Of a stretch of 64,000 nt of DNA, positions 29,933-39,742 are shown piece by piece. Each line of letters begins with the position of its first letter. The stretch's first letter is position 1. Location: positions 64,001-128,000 of the forward strand of contig JAOZFT010000020.1 in assembly GCA_027492035.1 (NCBI GenBank), given 5' to 3'. The notes under the pieces were generated by a model. The model ran no database searches and had not been told where the DNA came from. It saw only the letters and a list, made by a program, of their open reading frames with translations. The translations under genes and the position numbers were made by a program. This DNA comes from Thermoproteota archaeon. Lineage in GTDB: Archaea; Korarchaeota; JAOZGF01; JAOZFZ01.

Positions 29933-30703
29933 GTGTTTAAGGTACCTATTAAAGAAAACGAGAAATTAAAAACTGTTGTTGACAGAATTAACAGCAACTC
30001 GAAAATTCAAACTCTCTGGAAAAGCGCAAACATTACAGCTATTGATAGACTTAACTTTACAGACCATGGGCCTACACATGCAAAGATTGTTTCAAACATT
30101 GCTTTAAGAATTTTTAGGATATTAAGCAAATACGGAATTGTTTCAAATATTGAAAAAGATTACGAATTAGCGAAGGAAGATGCTGAAATCGTCATTGTAT
30201 TAGCTTCTGCTCTTCATGATATTGGAATGGCTGTACACAGAGTTAAACATTACTTTTTCAGTGTAGTTTTAGCTACTGACCTATTAAATGAAGTTCTTGA
30301 AGGAATTTACAGTGAAGAAGTGAAAACAATAATTTCGACAGAGGTTTTGCACGCAATTGTTTCTCATCACCACGACATTCATCCTCTGACTTTGGAAGCG
30401 GGGATAGTGAGGGTTGCAGATGCTTTAGACATGGCTAAAGGAAGGGCAAGAATCCCTTTTGAAATAGGAAAAATAAGTATACATTCAGTTTCAGCATTAT
30501 CTATTGAAGAAATAAAAATAGAAGAAGGTAAAGAGAAACCTGTAGAAATAAAAATTAAAATGAGCAATTCAAGCGGGATTTTTCAAGTGGATGAATTGTT
30601 AAAAAATAAAATCAGGAATTCAGGGCTTGAAAAATACTTACAAGTAAAGGCTGAAATAACAGCTGAAAAAGAAAAGAAAATAATTGATAAATTCACTCTT
30701 TAA
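29933..30703 (+). CDS. HD-superfamily phosphohydrolase
   Basis: DHGPTH, ALHDIG..VHR..H, EAG.VRVADALDM.KGRARIPF. Confidence 0.88.
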   Translation: MFKVPIKENEKLKTVVDRINSNSKIQTLWKSANITAIDRLNFTDHGPTHAKIVSNIALRIFRILSKYGIVSNIEKDYELAKEDAEIVIVLASALHDIGMAVHRVKHYFFSVVLATDLLNEVLEGIYSEEVKTIISTEVLHAIVSHHHDIHPLTLEAGIVRVADALDMAKGRARIPFEIGKISIHSVSALSIEEIKIEEGKEKPVEIKIKMSNSSGIFQVDELLKNKIRNSGLEKYLQVKAEITAEKEKKIIDKFTL

Positions 30704-30963
30704 CCATGTACAACCAAATAAATTTTTGGAAGAAGGTTTGTGGAAAGTTTAAGTAATAACAGGAATATCTGCTTCCCTCATTGTTTCCCTATTTCAAAAA
30801 AGGCCTTTTTTGGGGAAGGTTAGTTATAGGACTTATGTTTGTGTTAAAAGTTCTTTGTCAAAGAAATGGGATGTTTCTTGACACTTTTTCAAGTTTTGCC
30901 TCCCTTTATACCTTTTCTCACATGGATTAAGGAATGGTTAATGAAGGGGGATATTTTGCTGAG

Positions 30964-32004
30964 CTACTTGCTAATAGCCTCTTTCAGCGATTCAGGAAAA
31001 GGTTTTTTCAGAATTCCTTTTTCAGTAATTATCCCGGTCAATAGAGATGGGGGAGTAATGTCGAAAGCGTAATAAATAGCTTCAACTTTTTCGGGAGTTA
31101 TTCTTTTCCCAAAAATTTCAGTTACTTCTTCGCTTGGCCTCTTTTCTATTTCCACATCCTTTATTTCCGAGCTTAGGTCTATAGTGCTTGTTGGAGCTAC
31201 AGAATAGAAAGGTTTCTTGTTTTCTCTGCAGACTAAAGCTAAAGGGTAAGTTCCTATTTTATTTACAACGTATCCCTCCTTGGTTATTCTGTCAGCACCC
31301 ACTAAAGCTAAATCAACTTTCTCTTTTTCTAAAATTATACCTATTGAGTTGTCAGTTATTACTTTAACGTTTATCCCCGCTTTTTGAAGCTCCCAAGCTG
31401 TTAACCTTGCTCCTTGAAGATACGGCCTTGTTTCCATAACTATAACATTTATTTCCTTTCCTTCTGACTTGGCAGTGTATATAGGTGATAAAACTGTACC
31501 GTAGTAGCTTGTGGCTAATGAACCTGCGTTACATACTGTTATTACTGTGTCTCCATCCCTAAGAATTTTGTTTCCATGTACACCAATCAATTTATTTGTT
31601 TCCTCATCTTCTAAAGTGATTTTTTTAGCCTCTTCAACAATTTTTTGCTTCATTTCCTCAACAGAAGAACAATTTAAGGCTTGGTTATAGATCCTGTTTA
31701 AAGCCCAGAAAAGGTTTACGGCTGTGGGCCTTGTCTTCTCCAAAAACTTTTTGGCATTCTCCAATTCTTTCAAAGCATTTTTTAATTCATCTTCCTTGAT
31801 TTGTAAAGCAGCTAAAGCTAAACCGTAAGCAGCAGCTACACCAAGTGCAGGGGCGCCTCTTATCTCCATTCTTTTTATAGCTTCACCCAACCTCCTATAA
31901 TCTCTAGTTTCTATAAACTCAAGCTTCCAAGGCAGTTTTAACTGGTTAATCAATTTAACTTTACCGTCCAACCACTCAATGGTTCTAGGAATTCCTAAAT
32001 CCAT
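30964..32004 (-). CDS. mtnA: S-methyl-5-thioribose-1-phosphate isomerase (eIF2B family)
   Basis: IRGAPALG, TRPTAVNL, CNAGSLAT, ETRPYLQGARLTAWEL, GADRI..NKIGTY, FDITP; ATG 32004 likely start. Confidence 0.92.
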   Translation of the reverse strand: MDLGIPRTIEWLDGKVKLINQLKLPWKLEFIETRDYRRLGEAIKRMEIRGAPALGVAAAYGLALAALQIKEDELKNALKELENAKKFLEKTRPTAVNLFWALNRIYNQALNCSSVEEMKQKIVEEAKKITLEDEETNKLIGVHGNKILRDGDTVITVCNAGSLATSYYGTVLSPIYTAKSEGKEINVIVMETRPYLQGARLTAWELQKAGINVKVITDNSIGIILEKEKVDLALVGADRITKEGYVVNKIGTYPLALVCRENKKPFYSVAPTSTIDLSSEIKDVEIEKRPSEEVTEIFGKRITPEKVEAIYYAFDITPPSLLTGIITEKGILKKPFPESLKEAISK

Positions 32005-32343
32005 TCCTAAAAACCTCCAAAAATTTTTTGCCAACTCGAAACTTTCCCTTTTACAGTTCCTTCCTTCACACCCTCCACAAAACCTGTGAGATTCTGAAAA
32101 ATAAAAAAATCTGTAGATGGAAAACTTTTAAAAATGAATTTTTAAGTGGATGAAAAAGAAATCTTTAACAGTACATTAAATGTTAATTAAGAAACTGTTT
32201 AAAGTCAGATAAGAAGGAAGAACTTAGTTTAATGACTTAAGCAAATTTTTAGTAGAGTCCAGGCGCCATTTTTTAAAAAAGGTAATTCTTCTCTAAAGCC
32301 CCTATCCCCAGAGAATTTTTCCTGGTGAAAAGGTGAAAAATTT

Positions 32344-33327
32344 TTGAAAGTTTTAGTTACTGGTGCCTCAGGTTTCATAGGTCATTGCCTCAGTGAAAAA
32401 TTGAGGCAAGAAGGCTACAATTTAGTTGCAGCGGTACGTAACGTAAAGAAACTTAAAGACATCAAGAACTTATTTTCAGAAGTTAGAGTTGTTGATTTCA
32501 GGAAAAAGGACACTATAAAAAATGTAACAAGGGATGTGGATTCTGTAATACATTTAGCTGCTCATTTCAAGTTTCACACTGAATGGCGTCTGCTTTACGA
32601 AACAAATTTTTTAGGCACTAAACACTTGGTTGAGGATGCTGCTAAGCATAAAGTGGAGAAATTTATTTATACAAGTTCAACTGAAGCCATTGGCCCAGTA
32701 GAAAACATACCTGCAACTGAAGACACACCATGCAACCCTTCCTACGACTATGGCAAATCAAAACTAATAACTGAACAATACCTTAAAGAAAAAATGAAAG
32801 AGGGGTTCCCTGCAACAATTATTAGACCTACAGGAGTTTATGGACCCCGTGACAAATACGTCTCTTACCAAACAATTAAAGCAATAAACAATGGAAAACT
32901 GAGTTTCCTGCCCGGCAAAGGAGACAAATACATCCAATTCACTTACGTCGAAGACGTGGTTCAAGGTTTTGTCAAAGCTTTAGAAAATGAAAAAAGCACG
33001 GGAGAAACATACATAATTTCCAGTGACGATTACTACACTTACAAAGAGGCTTTTCAAGTGATTGCTTCAATTTTAAAAGTTAAACCACCAGAAAAAACAA
33101 TTCCTGTTTGGCTAGCTACATTTATTGTTGGAATAATAGAGTACATTAACAGGTTGAAAGGAGTTGAAGATTTCGTTATGCACCGTTCCGTTGTCAGAGA
33201 CATGCAAACAAACCGGGTTTACAGTAACGAAAAGGCAAAAAAGGAATTAGGTTACAAACCCCTTTACAACCTTAGAAAGGGAATGCAGAAAACAATCCAA
33301 TGGTACAGACAAAGAAACCTGCTTTAA
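32344..33327 (+). CDS. NAD-dependent epimerase/dehydratase (extended SDR)
   Basis: VTGASGFIG, HLAA, YTSS, YGKSK, IRPT.VYGP. Confidence 0.9.
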   Translation: MKVLVTGASGFIGHCLSEKLRQEGYNLVAAVRNVKKLKDIKNLFSEVRVVDFRKKDTIKNVTRDVDSVIHLAAHFKFHTEWRLLYETNFLGTKHLVEDAAKHKVEKFIYTSSTEAIGPVENIPATEDTPCNPSYDYGKSKLITEQYLKEKMKEGFPATIIRPTGVYGPRDKYVSYQTIKAINNGKLSFLPGKGDKYIQFTYVEDVVQGFVKALENEKSTGETYIISSDDYYTYKEAFQVIASILKVKPPEKTIPVWLATFIVGIIEYINRLKGVEDFVMHRSVVRDMQTNRVYSNEKAKKELGYKPLYNLRKGMQKTIQWYRQRNLL

Positions 33328-33444
33328 TCTATCTCCACAAAGATCAAAGCTTAACTATCCGAGGATTCACAATGAATTTACGGCCAATAGAAAAGAGAAA
33401 ATAAATTTTAAACATAATACGTCATAATTTGAGGTGGTTTTGTA

Positions 33445-33695
33445 GTGAATATGTTAAATGGTGAGTGAGAGAGAAATCCTAAAGACTTACATTTCTATGT
33501 CTTAACATATTGAAATAGTGAGTAGGTTGAAGGTAACTGGGTCAAATATAAATGTAACAGTTAAAAAGGTTAGAAAGAAAAATTCTTAATTTACAGAATG
33601 TTTTGGAGACAGCTGAAGAACTAGGATTAATAAAGGTGCCAGATGGAAAAATGGTGCTAACAGAGGAGGGGAAAAAGTTTTTAAGTTTACATTGA
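33445..33695 (+). pseudogene. Remnant of a small winged-helix regulator
   Basis: GAGGTG RBS then an interrupted frame ending LETAEELGLIKVPDGKMVLTEEGKKFL*, a typical wHTH wing; stops upstream. Confidence 0.45.
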
Positions 33696-34506
33696 AAGGG
33701 TTTAGGATAAGATCGTGATTTAATGACCTTTATTGGACTGTTCATTTTAAATAGCTTGGCATTGATAAGAATCTACTGACATAATCTATTATTCATTTTT
33801 GTTTCTTATTACTATCCTAAAGAAGAGGTATGCATCCCTATCAGCTAAAACCCTGATTGTTTCCTTTATCAAACCTGGAACTTACTCTCTGGGGATTTTA
33901 AAGACTTCTTTCCTTTCCTCTAAATCTTCATGTTTTTCAGGTGTCTTGATTCAGCTCCACCTGGTTTTTCTTCATCTACTATTTTCAATTTCACTAATGT
34001 AGAATTATTTCTGGTCACTTATCAAACTATTTCCTGTTTAAAGGTGAACAACTCTGTTATAAACAAACTTTTCTTGCTCATTTAATTGTAGAGGTTACTT
34101 GAATCCTTATGGTTGTCTCAAGCTCTGGAAGAGTAATAACAGTTGTTGAAGTTGGAGAGTGAGGAGTTAGAGGGAGATGAGATTAAGGCTAGAAACATAC
34201 ATTCATGTTTGTTAGGGTTTTTGTTTATTTTTCTCGAGTAGAGGGGTGAAGCGATGGATTTTTCCAGGCAGGGGTTTGGTGAAGTGAGTTTATGGGTTTA
34301 ATGTGTTGGGAGTTAATTATTTCGGTTTCCTTTTCGGTGCAGGTTAAAAACAGTTTTCTGGTCTTTCTGGCGGGGTTCAGTACCTTTTTTGTGGATGAAT
34401 TTTTCAGGTTTAATTTTTGGAAGGATTGAAAATCCTTACCTTATTTACTGAAAATAAATAATTTTTAAATAAGGGTGAAGACATCATTTAATTCGGGAAA
34501 ACGGAA

Positions 34507-36345
34507 ATGTGTAAAGGATTAAATAAGAGACTTATCAGGATTCTCTATGTTGATGATGAAAAAGATTTTCTTGTCATTGCTAAGCGTTTCTTGGAGAAGA
34601 AGTGGGGAGGCAGGTTCCAAGTTACTTCAGCCTCTTCTGTTGAAGAAGCTTACGAAAAAATCAAGGAGAAAAGATTTGATGTAATAGTTGCCGATTATGT
34701 TATGCCTGGGAAAAGTGGTTTAGATTTTCTGAAAGAATTTAGGGAGAAAGACAAGTTAACCCCTTTCATTCTTTTCACTGGGAGAGGAGGGGAGGAAACT
34801 GTTATAAAAGCTTGGAGATTTGGTGCTGATGGGTATGTTAAAAAGGGAACTGATCTTGAAAACATGTTTTCTGAACTGGTTGACAACATTGAAAGAGCTC
34901 TTGAGAGAAATATTTTGCGTAAATATGTTGATAATGCAGATGTTATTTTAAGTATGATTGGTTCAGACTTTAAAGTATGGTTCATAAATAAGAGGGGCTG
35001 TGAAATTTTAGGCATTGAACCAGAGGAAATAGTGGGTAAAGACCCAACTCTATTTATCCCTGAACAATTTAGGGATGAAGTAGTGAATGTTTTTGAAAGG
35101 TTGTTGGCAGGGGAGGAAGATGAATCTCTGAAGTACAGAGAAAACCCTCTCTTTACAAAGGATGGTGAAGAGAAATGGTTTACTTGGCGTAACATCGTTT
35201 TAAGAGACTCTGAAGGCAGACCTATAGGGATACTAAGTTCAGGCAGGGAAATAACAGAATACAAAAAAGCACAGCGTGAACTTAAGGAATTAATGGAGCA
35301 GTACAGACGCGTTTTTCAAGGTCTCAGGGATGAAATTTATATTGTGGACCAAAACGGCCAAATACTGGAAACAAACGATAAAGCATGTTTGGAAACAGGT
35401 TTCACGGAAAAAGAATTGTTGGACATGAAGATTTGGGAAATAAATGAGGGAATGACTGAAAAAGATTGGTTAGCTTTGAAGAGGAAGATTGATGAAAAAG
35501 ATAAGGATGGGTTTGTTTTTGAAACTAAACATAAAAGGAAGGATGGGTCAATTTATTGGGTGGAGGTAAGTAGTCAACCGATAATTTATAGAGGGAAGAA
35601 AGCTTATTTAGGAGTTAATAGGAACATTTCTGAAAGGAAGGAAGCAGAGGAAAGGTTGGAAGAATTTACTTACATGGTTTCACATGAATTAAACGCTCCT
35701 TTAAGAAGTATAGTGGCTTATGCAACTTTCCTTTTAGAGGATTATAGTGATAAACTGGATGAGCAGGGTAAGAAGTATCTTGAAAGGCTGAAAGAGAACT
35801 CTCTCCGTTTACAAGAAATGATTAAGGATTTGTTAACTTTATCTAGGGTTGGTAGGGGAGCTGTAGAGTTTGAAAAAGTGGATTTAAACCAGTTAGTTGA
35901 TGAAGTGAGGGAGTCACTTGGAGAAAGTAGAGGTGAAGTTATTTACAGCAATTTGCCGACGATAGAGGCTTCAAGGGTTCAAATGAAACAGTTATTTCAG
36001 AACTTGATAGATAACGGTTTAAAATTTAATGAATCAAAAAAACCTGTCGTGAAAATAGAGTGCAAAGTAGAAGGGGAAATGTACCACTTCAAAGTAATAG
36101 ATAACGGCATAGGAATAAGGAAAGAGAATCAGGAAAAGATTTTTAAACCATTTACTAGGTTGCATCCTTTAAAGTATAAAGGAACGGGTATAGGTCTCTC
36201 AATTTGTAAAAAGATAGTTGAAACACTTGGGGGAAAAATATGGGTTGAAAGTGAACCTAACAAGGGGTCTGTTTTCCATTTCACTCTACCTAAGAAGAAA
36301 CATAGTGAAGGAACCCCTCCAAAACTTTTCATCAAAGAGTCTTGA
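34507..36345 (+). CDS. Hybrid sensor histidine kinase (REC-PAS-PAS-HisKA-HATPase)
   Basis: ILYVDDE..VADYVMP..GLDFL..FTGRG receiver; two PAS/PAC domains; SHELNAPLRSI H-box; QNLIDNG, DNGIGI, GTGIGL boxes. Confidence 0.93.
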   Translation: MCKGLNKRLIRILYVDDEKDFLVIAKRFLEKKWGGRFQVTSASSVEEAYEKIKEKRFDVIVADYVMPGKSGLDFLKEFREKDKLTPFILFTGRGGEETVIKAWRFGADGYVKKGTDLENMFSELVDNIERALERNILRKYVDNADVILSMIGSDFKVWFINKRGCEILGIEPEEIVGKDPTLFIPEQFRDEVVNVFERLLAGEEDESLKYRENPLFTKDGEEKWFTWRNIVLRDSEGRPIGILSSGREITEYKKAQRELKELMEQYRRVFQGLRDEIYIVDQNGQILETNDKACLETGFTEKELLDMKIWEINEGMTEKDWLALKRKIDEKDKDGFVFETKHKRKDGSIYWVEVSSQPIIYRGKKAYLGVNRNISERKEAEERLEEFTYMVSHELNAPLRSIVAYATFLLEDYSDKLDEQGKKYLERLKENSLRLQEMIKDLLTLSRVGRGAVEFEKVDLNQLVDEVRESLGESRGEVIYSNLPTIEASRVQMKQLFQNLIDNGLKFNESKKPVVKIECKVEGEMYHFKVIDNGIGIRKENQEKIFKPFTRLHPLKYKGTGIGLSICKKIVETLGGKIWVESEPNKGSVFHFTLPKKKHSEGTPPKLFIKES

Positions 36346-36368
36346 ATTTATTCCTTACCTCTTATTTC

Positions 36369-38396
36369 CTAAACTTTTACGCTTGTGACCTTTAATAATT
36401 CCCTTCTTTGCTCAGCCATCTTTTTCCAAGCTTCGCTTGCAGGCTGAGAAGCTTTTTCAGGGAAAACATCCACTTTTGTTTCAAGTAAGATCGGGAAGGG
36501 GGCTGTTATTCCTAAACCGAAACCTAATGCTTCATGAGTAGCTAAACCTGAAAGGTAACGCTTCATGTAGTTTCCACCATACTCAGTATACCTTATTACA
36601 GCATCTTGATCATTTCCTGATTTTAACCTGAAACACAGCACAGTGTTACATTGCGATATAACTGAGTTATGGACGAGAAAGTATCCTTCACCTGCCAAGT
36701 ACCTGTTTGAGGTTGTTTGCAGGTCGTAAACTATTTTCACTCTTCTTTCATTTATTTTTTCAACCTCTGAAAAAGATACTTCACTATTTTTCAGCCTCAA
36801 AATTTTCATTCCCTTCTTCACATTTGAAGCAAGTGTTTCCTTTACTTGGTTTCTGGACAGTATGTAAAGTTTATGTTTCGGGGTGCATTCTATTCTGAAG
36901 CCATCTTTTGTTTCAATGTCTAAAACCAAGTTTTTCTCCTTCTTTTTCATTAAAGCCTGAACAACAGCCTCTTTTACAGCAAGTTCTTTGTTTATGTAGG
37001 GCAATGTTAATTGACGGCTTGGGAAAAGTATTTCTTCGTTACCAACTTTAACCCTTTCACTATACTGTTTAACTTCCTCAAACAATTCCTTAATTGGAAC
37101 CAGTTTGTCTTGTAAAATTATTTCTGTATGTTCTGGTACACATTTTGAGACATACGCGGGTCTTTGGGTGACAACTACAAAACCTATGTTGTAGCCTCCT
37201 GCTTGGCTGATTGCTTCAATAAAAACTTTATCTACTTTTGTTGCTGAGGGGGAGCCAAGTATGGGGGCTGTTTTTTCAGGTATAAAGTATTGGGCTTCTT
37301 CAACAACCAAAATAACAGCGAAATCTCCCTCTTTCCTTCTTTTGATGCCGTACCTAACTATTTTCTTTATTATTTCACGTGTTGTAATGTATTGGTCGTC
37401 TAAATTTGAGTCTAGAGAGTAATCAATCACTACCACAGGTTCCTTGTAAATCATTTCAATAATGTCTAATTCCTTCTCTTTCTTCTTTTTCAGGAACCCT
37501 CCCTTAACTTTTAAAGTCCACTCTAGGTAATCCAAGTCTTTTTCGCTGTTTCTTTTGCTCATTGAGTAACTTAATTCACTAGCAACTGTTAAAAGGTTTT
37601 TAGGTGTTAACTCCATTTTCCTGTTTAAAACTTCAATCACTGAGTCCCTAACTAACTTACCTACAGAAGTGTTTTTGTTTAAGCCAAGCCTGTCAACTAC
37701 CACGTACGGCTCTAAAACTTCGTTTTTTGGAAGAAAGCACCGGTAAGAAAAAACTTTAGCACCGAACCGGCTTAACACTCCATACTCTCCCCTTCTGTCT
37801 AACACAACAAACCTTGGGGGAGGGTCAAAAGTTTCCATTGAATTTTTTATCATGTTTACGACAAAACTGGATTTTCCTGACCTGGTCATTCCAGCTATGA
37901 ACAAGTGGCCTTTAGCCACAGCTCCCAGGTCCAAGTAAATAGGTATGTCGAAGGAAACGGTTTTCCCAATAGGTAAGTAAACTCCGTCTTTGTTAAGGTT
38001 CCCTTTGCCAAGTAATTTATTTAATAACTCCTTTGAAGGCTCGTAAACTAAAGCCCAGGTGGAAGGCACTGTTTCAAGTGACCTAAACTTTTTGTTTTCG
38101 TTGTCGTAGTAACCTAAAGGTTCAGCTAAGGCTACAAAGTACTCTATGTGTTTTCCATGTATAAAATTTATTCCTCTGCTTCCAGCTAAGGGTCCAGCTG
38201 ACCCTATTTTCATTTCTGGGTTGTAGGGGTAAGAATCAAAAACCCTCAGCAAAACATAGCAGGGGTGAGTTAAGGAGTGTTTAAGGGGATGTTCAATTAA
38301 GTAGTAACCTCCAATTCTTACCTTCTTTCCTTTCAGAACCACAAAGTAAATTTCATCTATTGTGGAGCCTGAAAGGATTCTTCCGATCTGTTTCAT
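36369..38396 (-). CDS. herA: HerA-family ATPase/helicase (HAS barrel + DUF87) containing an intein
   Basis: Walker A AGMTRSGKS, Walker B VVEEAQ, TQRPAYVSK|SVISQCNT motif split by the intein; overlaps the nurA stop. Confidence 0.88.
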   Translation of the reverse strand: MKQIGRILSGSTIDEIYFVVLKGKKVRIGGYYLIEHPLKHSLTHPCYVLLRVFDSYPYNPEMKIGSAGPLAGSRGINFIHGKHIEYFVALAEPLGYYDNENKKFRSLETVPSTWALVYEPSKELLNKLLGKGNLNKDGVYLPIGKTVSFDIPIYLDLGAVAKGHLFIAGMTRSGKSSFVVNMIKNSMETFDPPPRFVVLDRRGEYGVLSRFGAKVFSYRCFLPKNEVLEPYVVVDRLGLNKNTSVGKLVRDSVIEVLNRKMELTPKNLLTVASELSYSMSKRNSEKDLDYLEWTLKVKGGFLKKKKEKELDIIEMIYKEPVVVIDYSLDSNLDDQYITTREIIKKIVRYGIKRRKEGDFAVILVVEEAQYFIPEKTAPILGSPSATKVDKVFIEAISQAGGYNIGFVVVTQRPAYVSKCVPEHTEIILQDKLVPIKELFEEVKQYSERVKVGNEEILFPSRQLTLPYINKELAVKEAVVQALMKKKEKNLVLDIETKDGFRIECTPKHKLYILSRNQVKETLASNVKKGMKILRLKNSEVSFSEVEKINERRVKIVYDLQTTSNRYLAGEGYFLVHNSVISQCNTVLCFRLKSGNDQDAVIRYTEYGGNYMKRYLSGLATHEALGFGLGITAPFPILLETKVDVFPEKASQPASEAWKKMAEQRRELLKVTSVKV
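36666..37142 (-). mobile_element. Mini-intein (159 aa, no homing endonuclease) in herA
   Basis: Starts CVPEHTEI (Cys1); block B CTPKHKL, block F VYDLQT, ends FLVHN followed by Ser+1; removing it restores QRPAYVSKSVISQ. Confidence 0.92.
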
Positions 38397-39558
38397 CTAC
38401 ATTTTCACCCCTCACTTTTTCACCGAAGTGCAAATCAAGCAAATCCAAGTCCTTAAGTGAAAAATTCCCTTCCTCTATTTCGTTAATCAATTCTGAATAC
38501 AGGGATAAGTATCCCGTGGATACTGCTTCGTCTGTGAGTTTAGATAATGCATCTGCTTCATATATTGGATAAGGTAGGCCAGTTAAAGGATCTGATACAC
38601 CTATTAAAGACGAAACTATTTTATTGAAGCTTTTTAAGAGGTAACTGGGAAACTCAACTCTGTAAACTTTGTTCTCAACTGTTTTTATGTAGAAAGCGTA
38701 AATATTTGCGGCCCCTCTTTCCCCAACCGATTTACCTTTGTAAACATTGCTCATTAACCCTCTTACTTTGAAAGGGGGAGTGTACTCCCCTTTCTTTAAA
38801 ACAGGGTTCAACAGGCTCACATCTGGTACAGCAACTCTGTGGAAACCTTTTGAAGTAAACGGAATCTCAGAAAGCAATTTCTTTGAGTAATGTGTACTTC
38901 TACATCTTTTGATGAAACCTATTAAGCCTATGTTTCTTTCTTCGCACTCTTTAATTAAGGAAACAGCTGAAGAAACTGTTTCCTTAAATAATTCAAGGTA
39001 ATCAACTGAAGAATAAATTTTGTTTGGGTAATAAACATTGTTTATCAGTAAAGATCCGTCGAAGAAGAGAATGTCAGGCTTACATTCCTCAATTAACTTT
39101 TTTGCTAATTTAAACTGAAAATAGAAACCCAATAAACCAGCCCTTAACTTAGGAAATTTTTCAGTAACCCATATGTCATTGTTGAGGAATGTAATTACCA
39201 AGGGCTCTCTAATCAGCTTGAAATCTTTAAAAACAACACCTACAGCTTTTATTGAGGGAAGAAAACCTGAAACTAAATTTAAACCACTTACACCAGTATC
39301 AACACCTGCAAAAACCCCTTTAGAATTCTTTCTCTTAACTTTACCAACATTAACTCTCTCCTTCAAAACCTCAATTAAATACTTCCTTTGAGAGGCTAAC
39401 TCCTTCAAACGCAACAAAATTTTCTGGTAATTGTTTACAGGTTCCTCAAGGCTGCTAAACAGTCCTGAAACCTCAATTAAAGGTCTAACTCTGCGCTTAA
39501 CAGAAGTCTCAAAATAGTTCTCGATCACTTCTTTACTTAACGCTGCTTGCGGAATCAT
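38353..39558 (-). CDS. nurA: NurA-family nuclease
   Basis: AGVDTG, LFFDGSL, IGFIKR, RVEFP, GLPYPIYEAD motif series; operonic with herA. Confidence 0.82.
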   Translation of the reverse strand: MIPQAALSKEVIENYFETSVKRRVRPLIEVSGLFSSLEEPVNNYQKILLRLKELASQRKYLIEVLKERVNVGKVKRKNSKGVFAGVDTGVSGLNLVSGFLPSIKAVGVVFKDFKLIREPLVITFLNNDIWVTEKFPKLRAGLLGFYFQFKLAKKLIEECKPDILFFDGSLLINNVYYPNKIYSSVDYLELFKETVSSAVSLIKECEERNIGLIGFIKRCRSTHYSKKLLSEIPFTSKGFHRVAVPDVSLLNPVLKKGEYTPPFKVRGLMSNVYKGKSVGERGAANIYAFYIKTVENKVYRVEFPSYLLKSFNKIVSSLIGVSDPLTGLPYPIYEADALSKLTDEAVSTGYLSLYSELINEIEEGNFSLKDLDLLDLHFGEKVRGENVDETDRKNPFRLHNR

Positions 39559-39589
39559 GAAGAGTACACCAGAAAAGAAGCATATTTTT

Positions 39590-39606
39590 TCATATTTTAA
39601 ATATGA
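39590..39606. promoter_or_regulatory. Perfect 17-bp palindrome over the likely nurA TATA box
   Basis: TCATATTT-T-AAATATGA, 32-48 bp upstream of the nurA ATG, in the region shared with the divergent CARF regulator. Confidence 0.45.
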
Positions 39607-39742
39607 CTTATTAATTGTAGAGAGGGAGTTGTTTAAATTGTTAAAAAAGAAGTATTTAAGCTTTTCTCATTTTTACATGTTTTTTCCAAGAAAAATTTTT
39701 TACCAAGAAAAAAAAGATCTAGAAGAACATTTTTTTGCTTGA

